Below are positions 15,026-22,402 of a DNA stretch of 25,801 bases, in pieces. Source of the DNA: a bacterium (GTDB lineage Bacteria; Elusimicrobiota; Elusimicrobia; UBA1565; UBA9628); the NCBI GenBank assembly GCA_021790955.1, contig JAJYFI010000001.1:1-25801 (forward strand), given 5' to 3'. Numbering within the stretch: position 1 is the stretch's first letter; the number at the start of each line of letters is the position of its first letter. The notes under the pieces were generated by a model. It did not search any database. It worked only from the letters and a program-made list of their open reading frames with translations, and was not told where the DNA came from. Made by a program: the position numbers and the translations under genes.

Positions 15026-15952
15026 ATGTTAAGCGGGAATCAGGAAAAAGAGCCGGCTTCCAAAGGAGTATTTCAGCTCGCGATTTTCGGCGCTTTTTCG
15101 GCGTTGGCGTCCGGTTGGTTGCTGGCCCGATTGGTTCCTCCTCGCGATTTTGGGGGAGCCACGATTCAATCGAGCGCCGCTGTCCCTAGCGAAATCGCAA
15201 TGAAAATGAATGGGAAGAAGAGCGTCCCCGCCGCGCGGCGCCCGCAGCCTCCGGCGATGATGGGCGATTCGAGAGACCTTTTCGTCATGAAGGGGCCGTA
15301 TCGAGGCCTTGAAAATCCCTCCTTGTACCCGGAGGGCCGCTCGGGGGTTTCTCTAAGAGAGGGCCAGTGGGATCCGCCCGCGATGGGGGCTCGCGCCGGA
15401 GATCCCGGCGAGGGTATGGCTTTCTGGGAGTCGACGCCTCTTTTTGAATCCCCGCGGCTTCCAAAGCCGACGGCGCGCCTGCGCCGGGCCTTCGCCTACG
15501 CCCAGACGCTGTCGAACGAGGGCGCGGGCCTCCAGGCGAAACGGGCCGATGTCCTTTCGGCGGAGGGCCGCTCCTGCGGGGCGTCCGAATGCCGGCCCGA
15601 GGACGCGAGCCTGCTGGCCGCCGGGGCCTTCGACGGCGCCGGCGCTCCCGCCGCCCGCGCTTCCGCCGGCGCGCCGGTCGCCCTTCATGGCGACGAGCGC
15701 GCCGCGGGCCCGGACGGCGCGCCGCCGGCGGCCGCCGCCGAGACGACTCGGTCTCAATGCGAGGAGACTCGCGAAAAATACGAGCCGCTGATCGCGCAAG
15801 CTTTGTCCCGCCTCCAGGAAGCCCGCGCCGGCGCCGATCGCCGCGCTGCTTGCCTGGAACTTGCGGATTTGAGATGCTTGAGTCTCAGGGGCTGCCCTTT
15901 GACGGCCGGCATCCCCTGCACGGCTCCCGATTGCGGAAACGGAGCCAGCTGA
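15026..15952 (+). CDS. Membrane-anchored hypothetical protein, array member 6, with Cys-rich C-terminus, 308 aa
   Basis: TM VFQLAIFGAFSALASGWLLARLV; family-like motif RAFAYAQTLSN...LAAGAFDG; 8 Cys, 6 of them in the last ~65 aa. Confidence 0.8.
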   Translation: MLSGNQEKEPASKGVFQLAIFGAFSALASGWLLARLVPPRDFGGATIQSSAAVPSEIAMKMNGKKSVPAARRPQPPAMMGDSRDLFVMKGPYRGLENPSLYPEGRSGVSLREGQWDPPAMGARAGDPGEGMAFWESTPLFESPRLPKPTARLRRAFAYAQTLSNEGAGLQAKRADVLSAEGRSCGASECRPEDASLLAAGAFDGAGAPAARASAGAPVALHGDERAAGPDGAPPAAAAETTRSQCEETREKYEPLIAQALSRLQEARAGADRRAACLELADLRCLSLRGCPLTAGIPCTAPDCGNGAS

Positions 15953-15963
15953 CGGAGGATTCC

Positions 15964-18897
15964 ATGGCAGACAACCCCAAATCGCAGGGAACGGAGCGCG
16001 ACAAGAGGGAGGCGCCCTGGGCGTCTCTCCTGGGCGGCGGGAAGGGCCTCTCGAAATTCCAGCTGCGAAGCGGGACGACGAAGCTTTCCTTCATCGACAG
16101 GTTGCGCCAGTTCCGTCGCAAGGATCTCGCCTTCATCCTGGCGGGCCTCGGCATCCTGTTCATGGCGCCGCTGGCCGACTTTCTGTTCACCGGATCCGGC
16201 AACGAGGAGGCGGGCTCTTTCGGGACCGGCTGGGGGATGCGCAACGCCTTGGGCGGATTGGGCGGCGCCGGAGGGCCTTTCGACTACGGGGTCAACGGCA
16301 TGGCTCCCGGCGGCGCCGTGGGCGCCAACGGCGAGGTCATCACGCCGCTCGACGCGCGCGATCCGGCTTCTTTGATCCTGGGTCTTCCCGGGATGGGAGG
16401 CGAGACGCCGAAGGCGCCGGAGGCAAGCCCAGCCGCGCCGCAAAAGACTTGGAAGGATTCCTTCGCCGGCGCGGCCGCCGGGGCGGCAAAGGCCGCGGTC
16501 CGGGCGGCGGGGTTCAGCATCCCGCATCTCCCCTTGGGCGCTTCAGGGCTCAGGGCCCTGGGCTTTGGAGGCGGCGCGCATGCCGCGGGCGGCGCGGCAG
16601 CGGGCGGCGCGGCCGGAGTCGGCGCCTGGGGGGTTCCCACGCACGCGGCGGGCAACGACTCCCTGAGCAAGGTGTTGTCGTCTCCCGGATATAAGGGCGC
16701 GGCCGCCCGCAATTTCACGAGCGGAGGCCAAGGCTTCGATAAAATGAAGGCCGCCGCCGGCAAGGCCGCCAATAATTTCAACAACCTGGGCCGCGCGGCG
16801 AACAACCTCCAGAAGGCCGCGGCGACCCCGATCGTCGGGGCGGGCGGCGCCAACACGGGCGGCGCCGGCGCCGGAGGGAAGGGCGGAGGGATGGGCAACG
16901 AGGGCTCGATCGGCAAGACCTCCAAATCCATCGGCCAATCGCTCGCCTTCATGGCGGCCAAGCAGAACCTCCAGCACGCGATCGACCTTTACTGGAAGCA
17001 GCAGGAGGCGTGGGCGATGCTGGTCCCGAACATGGTGACCCAAATGGCCAACAGCATGGCCCAGATCCCCACCACGGTGATGTCCTCCTATCTCATGTAC
17101 AGCATGATGCGGCATCAAATGGGGATGGGCGCCGGCGCCGGAGGAGGGCAGTCCGTGCAGTGCACGATGAGCAGCGGCAGCCCTGTTTTTGGCGGGTGTC
17201 AGGAAGTTCCGAATTGCGGCGCGGTCCTGAGCACCATGATGATGGCAAACGCGGCGACCGGCATGGGCGCTTCCAACGGCGCCGGCGGCAATACGGGATT
17301 AGGCGCGAATGCGGGCTTAGCGGCGGCCATGACCACTCCTTACTGTCTGCAGGGATCGCAACTCATGGTGACCGCAAGCCAATCGCCGGTCATGGGCGCC
17401 ACGTGCCAACCCTGCGGCTCCGGTTCGCCGAACGGTCCGAATAGCGGCGACGGCCTCAATCCCGCCAGCGGCAAACAGGAAAATGGGGTCGGGGATGTCC
17501 CGGGGATGGCCTCCAGCGTCCAACTCAACGCTCCCGCGCTTTGCAGTTCCTTAAAAGCTCTAGCCGAGCCCAAAATAGGCGGTCCGTCCGCCGTCACGGG
17601 AATGGGCCGTCGGCAGCAGGCGGATTTTTACGGCAAGCTTAATACCTCGGCGCAGTCCATCAACCAAATGGGATTGGCGTTAAGCCAGAGCGGGAAGCCG
17701 TCCGCTTGCGGAGGCGGTAGTATGGCGGGACTTCAGAATACGAAGCCACTTAACCAACTGTTGGTGCAGAGCAGGGATCAGCTGGCTCAGATCGCGAATA
17801 CCATCAAAATGATGTCGCCGGCGGCCGGATCATCGGCTAATGATATTTACGATCAAGATTTCGACATCGCCACGCAGGCTTGCGCGGTTCTCAAGCAGAC
17901 GGGCCGCGGCGTCGGTCAAATCATCAGTCCCTTGAACAAAGCCCAAGAGACGAACTCGTCGGCATTGCAACCGGCCGCGAACCAAATCCAGGATCTCTTG
18001 GGACAGTTGTCTAATCAAACCCAGAATTTGAAGCAAAGGGCGAGCGCATCGCTCGATCTTTACAACGGGCTGGCGGGGCCCCTTGGCGAAGTGTCAAGCC
18101 TCCTTTCCAAAATCGGACAGGATATTACGACGATTAAGGGCCAACTGAACAGCACGGCGCAGGGCTTGTCCCCAAACAAGCTGAATGCGGGATTGGGCCA
18201 GACGGCGCAGAAAAGCGCCAATTCGTACATTACGATATTGAATGGCGACATCCCGAATCTTAGGAAAAACTTCGACCAGATTAACCAGCAATACAAGTCC
18301 GAGAATCAAGCCCTGAATCTGATCCAGACGACATTGCTGGGTCAAACGGGGGGGATCTCTCCCACGAATGGCTTGTTGACGCAGCTTATGGCGTTTACCT
18401 ATTACGCCGTCAGCGGGCAAACTCCGAGCCTTGCCATCCCCCCCGGGGTTTCCGTGCCCCAGCCGTCTTTCCTGCCCATCGTCGGCAATGGATCCGGGGG
18501 TTCGGCGCAGGCTGGCGGGTCGGCCGCAACGGGCGCCGGGGGTCAATGCGAAGGGTCGATCGCTTCTTGCGCTTCGAACGTCAACCAGACATTCCAGGAA
18601 CAAATATCGAACGCGTCGAATGGGCAAGTCGGTTCGAAAGTCGTTAATTCGGCCTATCAGGGCTTCAAGGGTTCCTTGGGGTGGAATCCGTTCTCCCAAT
18701 GGGTCGCCAGCATTTGTCCCGGCCGCCTGGCGGCGGCTCCCGCCGCGTCAGGTGGCGTTACCTTGAATTCCCTTCTAAACAACGGAGCCATCGGCCAGGC
18801 GATCGCGACAATCAACAGCGATCTCAACGCCGCGGGGATGCCGTCGGCGGAAGCGACGACAGCTTCCGCATCTGGTGGTGGGAGTGGCGACGAATAA
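15964..18897 (+). CDS. Large membrane-anchored protein, array member 7: Gly/Ala-rich N-terminal half and Gln/Asn/Leu-rich helical C-terminal half, 977 aa
   Basis: ATG 15964 with SD GGAGG; the track's 15589 start overlaps member 6. TM RKDLAFILAGLGILFMAPLADFLF; weaker motif GFDKMKAAAGKAANNFN; Met-rich segment; Cys pairs; heptad-like region; GQCEGSIASC. Confidence 0.9.
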   Translation: MADNPKSQGTERDKREAPWASLLGGGKGLSKFQLRSGTTKLSFIDRLRQFRRKDLAFILAGLGILFMAPLADFLFTGSGNEEAGSFGTGWGMRNALGGLGGAGGPFDYGVNGMAPGGAVGANGEVITPLDARDPASLILGLPGMGGETPKAPEASPAAPQKTWKDSFAGAAAGAAKAAVRAAGFSIPHLPLGASGLRALGFGGGAHAAGGAAAGGAAGVGAWGVPTHAAGNDSLSKVLSSPGYKGAAARNFTSGGQGFDKMKAAAGKAANNFNNLGRAANNLQKAAATPIVGAGGANTGGAGAGGKGGGMGNEGSIGKTSKSIGQSLAFMAAKQNLQHAIDLYWKQQEAWAMLVPNMVTQMANSMAQIPTTVMSSYLMYSMMRHQMGMGAGAGGGQSVQCTMSSGSPVFGGCQEVPNCGAVLSTMMMANAATGMGASNGAGGNTGLGANAGLAAAMTTPYCLQGSQLMVTASQSPVMGATCQPCGSGSPNGPNSGDGLNPASGKQENGVGDVPGMASSVQLNAPALCSSLKALAEPKIGGPSAVTGMGRRQQADFYGKLNTSAQSINQMGLALSQSGKPSACGGGSMAGLQNTKPLNQLLVQSRDQLAQIANTIKMMSPAAGSSANDIYDQDFDIATQACAVLKQTGRGVGQIISPLNKAQETNSSALQPAANQIQDLLGQLSNQTQNLKQRASASLDLYNGLAGPLGEVSSLLSKIGQDITTIKGQLNSTAQGLSPNKLNAGLGQTAQKSANSYITILNGDIPNLRKNFDQINQQYKSENQALNLIQTTLLGQTGGISPTNGLLTQLMAFTYYAVSGQTPSLAIPPGVSVPQPSFLPIVGNGSGGSAQAGGSAATGAGGQCEGSIASCASNVNQTFQEQISNASNGQVGSKVVNSAYQGFKGSLGWNPFSQWVASICPGRLAAAPAASGGVTLNSLLNNGAIGQAIATINSDLNAAGMPSAEATTASASGGGSGDE

Positions 18898-18951
18898 TCG
18901 CATCAAGGCCTCCGGGACTTTCGGGTCATCGAGGCGTGGGACCTTCGGTCC

Positions 18952-18980
18952 TTGTCGGACTCTCCGCGCTTGTCTATACT
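18952..18980 (+). promoter_or_regulatory. sigma70-type promoter for the secreted protein/O-antigen-ligase unit
   Basis: TTGTCG (18952-18957), 17 nt, TATACT (18975-18980); ATG at 18991. Confidence 0.55.
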
Positions 18981-18990
18981 TTTCTTAGCC

Positions 18991-20661
18991 ATGAAGCGCG
19001 AGGGAAAGATCATCGGGGCTTTTCTCTGGGGGCTGCTCGCTCTCCAATCGCTGATTTCCATGGCCGCGGCCGCGGACGGAAGTCCGGCCTCGTCTCGGAG
19101 AATGAGCCGGGACATGGTTTCTCGCCTCGCGAAGGGCATCAGTTCTCCTTCGAGCTCCGCGGCGCGGGCTTTTGCCGGCCGACTGGCCGTTTTTTTGTCG
19201 CGCCGACCCGAGCTTCGAATCCCGCCTGCTCAAGGACTCGTTCTGGCGAAGCGATGGCTCAAATCCCAGGCGACTCTCAGGGCCCGCTATGGGAAGGCCG
19301 CCGAGCTGTACCTCGTCATCGGGGACCGCGTCGCGGCTCTCGGCTGGACGGATGCGGCGCTCCGCAAGCGGCTGTCCCAGGCGCGAAGCCTGCCGAGCTA
19401 TGCCGAATTTCAGAAGAGGCTTGCGCGCGACAAGTTTCTGATGCGGAAGGCGAATCCCTCGCGGCGGAGCTCTTCCAAGCCGGATTCCAGCCAAGAGTAT
19501 CAGGTCTTCGGATTTTTAAATCAAAGCGCCGAGATCGCCCATCGGGTCTTATGGGAATCCCGCAAGAAGCCGCGCCTGGCCAAGCTGGCCGCGCCTTCCT
19601 TTGGAGGCGCCGCCGGCGCCGCGGCGGCGGCCGTGGCGGTTGGCGGCGGCCGCCGGGGCCATCTTCCCAAGGATGCGCCTGCCCAGCCCGCGAACGCTCC
19701 CGTCGAGCCGCCTCATCCGACGTTCGTGGCCTCGGCCGGGTTCGACACGAAATCGCTTTATGAAGACGGAGCCCTTATCGTCCATGTGCCGGGAGGCAAA
19801 GGACAGGGCCTTCAAGAGCTTTCGATCAAGGTCTATAGCCGCCAGGACATGACGACGGGGCAAATGGTGGATGAGATCGGCGTCTTCAATATCACCGATC
19901 ATTCCCATATTTTCGGACAACGATTTCCCGTCCTTCCTCCCACGAACGGGAAGATCTATTTGGCCGACTTGAGCTCCTCGCCGAATCCGAACAAGGCTCC
20001 CTCCGTTCCCTTGACGATCGGCTCGGACGGCGGCATCTCGCTCGGTTCGGCCGCGACGACCTCGCTGTCGGATCTCTTGGCGCGGCGCCGAGCCCAGGTC
20101 GCCCAATCGGGCCTTGTCGCCGCCGTCGGCGGCCAGAACTTCCGCGTCATCGGGCAGGGCGGGGCCAAGGGCTCGCTGCTTTATTTCGCTTGCGACAAGG
20201 ACGGAAAGTTGCTCGGCAACGGCCAACACCCGGATGCCATGGCCGCCGTCAATCAAATCGGCCAGGATGGCTTGCTCAGCACTGTCACCACCCCGGTGCC
20301 GTTGGGATTCATCGGGAAGAATCAAAACGGCAAATCTCAATTTTGGTTTTTGCAATGGGATCCGGTCCTCCAAAATTTTGTTCCCGTCGCCGGGCGGGCT
20401 CCAGGACCGCCATGGGGCCCCGTTCCCTCTTCCGGCACGATCGCCCCGGTGGGTCCCATCCCTAATCCAAGCCCTGGCCCCACCCCCGGCGGAGGTGGGC
20501 AGAGCTGCAGTTTCGCCTCGTTTGAGCCGGACCCCCATGAGCCGGGCGGCATATGCTACTACAGCTGTCCGGACGGCTCTACGGCGCAATACATCTCTCC
20601 GGACTACACTCAAAACGGCTGTCCTTCGCGACTCGTCGTCAACGCGCTGCTATCCAAGTAG
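18991..20661 (+). CDS. Secreted hypothetical protein with Pro-rich linker and small four-Cys C-terminal domain, 556 aa
   Basis: Signal-peptide-like MKREGKIIGAFLWGLLALQSLISMAAAAD; central beta-rich region; GPIPNPSPGPTPGGGG linker; CSF...CYYSC...GCPS tail. Confidence 0.82.
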   Translation: MKREGKIIGAFLWGLLALQSLISMAAAADGSPASSRRMSRDMVSRLAKGISSPSSSAARAFAGRLAVFLSRRPELRIPPAQGLVLAKRWLKSQATLRARYGKAAELYLVIGDRVAALGWTDAALRKRLSQARSLPSYAEFQKRLARDKFLMRKANPSRRSSSKPDSSQEYQVFGFLNQSAEIAHRVLWESRKKPRLAKLAAPSFGGAAGAAAAAVAVGGGRRGHLPKDAPAQPANAPVEPPHPTFVASAGFDTKSLYEDGALIVHVPGGKGQGLQELSIKVYSRQDMTTGQMVDEIGVFNITDHSHIFGQRFPVLPPTNGKIYLADLSSSPNPNKAPSVPLTIGSDGGISLGSAATTSLSDLLARRRAQVAQSGLVAAVGGQNFRVIGQGGAKGSLLYFACDKDGKLLGNGQHPDAMAAVNQIGQDGLLSTVTTPVPLGFIGKNQNGKSQFWFLQWDPVLQNFVPVAGRAPGPPWGPVPSSGTIAPVGPIPNPSPGPTPGGGGQSCSFASFEPDPHEPGGICYYSCPDGSTAQYISPDYTQNGCPSRLVVNALLSK

Positions 20662-20672
20662 CTAGCGCGCTT

Positions 20673-22382
20673 TTGGCGGGGCTTTGGGCGAGCCTCCTTT
20701 TCGGACGTTTCGCCGGGCCGGGGCTCGCCGTCGCTTTCGAGGGGGCGATTTTTCTCCTCGCATTTCGCGAGTCCAAAGTCTTCCCGCCTTCAAGCCTGGG
20801 CGCTTGGTTTGCCTGGCTTGTCTGGATGGCGCTCTCGGCGGCCCATTCCGCGCAGCCGCTTTCGAGCCTTGGGCCCGTCTCCCAATGGGGTGCGGCCGTC
20901 GCTCTTTGGGGGCTTCTGAGGACGCGTGGAAACGCCGATTGGCGCGGGACATGGATCGTCGGTGTTTTTGCCCTGGGGATCGCGGCGGGAGCGGCGATCG
21001 CCGTCATGGGGCCTCCGGGGCTGCTTCCTCCCAATCAAAACTACACGGCGATGTTGATGGCGGCCGCGGCCGCCGCGGGACTCGGCCTTTGGGGGCGATC
21101 CGCCGTCGCGCGCCGCGTACGGCTGGCCGCTGTCGCGGCCATGATCCTCGCCGTGATCGGGCTTTTATGGCTCAAGTCGCGAGGGGCTCTTTTGGGACTT
21201 TTGGCGGCCGCCGCGGCGGGGCTTGTCCCCCCATGGTCACGCCGGAGAACGATCTGGCTGCTCTCGGGCGCGGCTTTTGCGGCCGCTCTCGCCCTTTGGA
21301 TTTGGCCGGACGGCATCCTGACGGAGCTCAAGCTGGGGGATCCTCAAGCGTTGGCGAGGCCGCATTTGTGGCTCTCCGCGCTCAAGGTGATCGCGGATCA
21401 TCCTTGGCTGGGAGAGGGCCCGGGCAATTTCGAACTGGGACTCTGGAGGCATCTGCCGCTCTCTGGGAGGACCCTTATCCATTACGGTTTCTACGCCGCG
21501 CAGGCGCATAGCGAGGTCTTGGAGTTGGCGGCGGAGTCCGGCATCGTGGGGCTCGGGCTATTCCTTGTCGCGTTCTGGAAGACGGTCCAATTCGCAGGGG
21601 AGCGAGGGATTTTCGAGGAGAGCGCCTTCCGCGCCGTTGTCGCGATGTCGGCTCAGGCTTGCGTCGACAACGTCCTCCATCTCCCGGGCGCCGCTCTCTT
21701 TTTTTTCTCGGCGCTGGCGGCGTCTCGCCCGGACGAAGCGGCTCCGGCCTCCCGGCTTCCTGCCAAGGAAGGCCGCAAGGGCGCGAGGGAGCGTCTTTCC
21801 CGTCTGTCATGGAAGGCCTTGGGCGTCGCGGGTCTTCTCGGCGTGGCCGGCGCGGTCATGATCGGTCGAGCCGAAAAGGAATGTTCCCGAAGCCTCCCTG
21901 CTTTTCAAGAAGGAATCGCCGCCGCCCGACGTTGCGTTCGCCTTTTCCCGGGCGACCCCGGGCGCCGGGAGCTTCTGGCCCGCGCCTTCATGCGCTCGCG
22001 CCCGCCCAGGGTCGAGAAAGCCCTTGAGGAGATCGAAGGGGCCATGCGCCTTTCCCCGGACGACGCGCTCTACCCCGTCATGGCGGCCGAGATCCTCGCG
22101 CGGCGGCGGGATTGGCCGGAGGTGATGGCTCTCACCAAGAAAGCGCTCTCTCTTGAGCCGAATTTCATCGAGGCCCGGCTTCTTCGGGCGGAGGCCCTGG
22201 CGGCCATGGGACGGTCCGTGGCGGCCCGGCGGGAATGGGAGCGGGCCTCGTCGGCGGCCTCGATCGCGGCCAGGGCGAACCCGGCGGAGAAGCTCCTCTC
22301 GCGTTATGACGAGTTGATCCTTTCCTTTGATAAATCGCGATGGCGCCGTTTGGGACGCGTATTGACTTCTCATAAAGAGTAG
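20673..22382 (+). CDS. O-antigen ligase / O-oligosaccharyltransferase-like (Wzy_C) polytopic membrane protein with C-terminal TPR region
   Basis: About 12 hydrophobic segments; PPNQNYTA, SRGALLG, RPHLWLSALKVIADHPWLGEGPGNF, AHSEVLELAAESGIVGL; C-terminal TPR-like helices (KALEEIEGAMRLSPDD, TKKALSLEPNFIEARLLRAEAL). Start uncertain (TTG 20673, or ATG 20553 overlapping the upstream gene). Confidence 0.85.
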   Translation: MAGLWASLLFGRFAGPGLAVAFEGAIFLLAFRESKVFPPSSLGAWFAWLVWMALSAAHSAQPLSSLGPVSQWGAAVALWGLLRTRGNADWRGTWIVGVFALGIAAGAAIAVMGPPGLLPPNQNYTAMLMAAAAAAGLGLWGRSAVARRVRLAAVAAMILAVIGLLWLKSRGALLGLLAAAAAGLVPPWSRRRTIWLLSGAAFAAALALWIWPDGILTELKLGDPQALARPHLWLSALKVIADHPWLGEGPGNFELGLWRHLPLSGRTLIHYGFYAAQAHSEVLELAAESGIVGLGLFLVAFWKTVQFAGERGIFEESAFRAVVAMSAQACVDNVLHLPGAALFFFSALAASRPDEAAPASRLPAKEGRKGARERLSRLSWKALGVAGLLGVAGAVMIGRAEKECSRSLPAFQEGIAAARRCVRLFPGDPGRRELLARAFMRSRPPRVEKALEEIEGAMRLSPDDALYPVMAAEILARRRDWPEVMALTKKALSLEPNFIEARLLRAEALAAMGRSVAARREWERASSAASIAARANPAEKLLSRYDELILSFDKSRWRRLGRVLTSHKE

Positions 22383-22391
22383 CCTTATCCT
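22362..22391 (+). promoter_or_regulatory. Possible promoter for the histidine kinase
   Basis: TTGACT (22362-22367), 18 nt, TATCCT (22386-22391), in an AT-rich patch 11 nt before ATG 22403. Confidence 0.45.
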
Positions 22392-22402
22392 TACTTGTTA
22401 AC

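Noticed and set aside
720-18990. ORF-track start sites at 720, 3444, 6322, 14949 (-), 15589 and 18952
   Set aside because: They overlap upstream genes or coincide with -35 boxes; starts were moved to 1098, 4125, 6367, 14451, 15964 and 18991.
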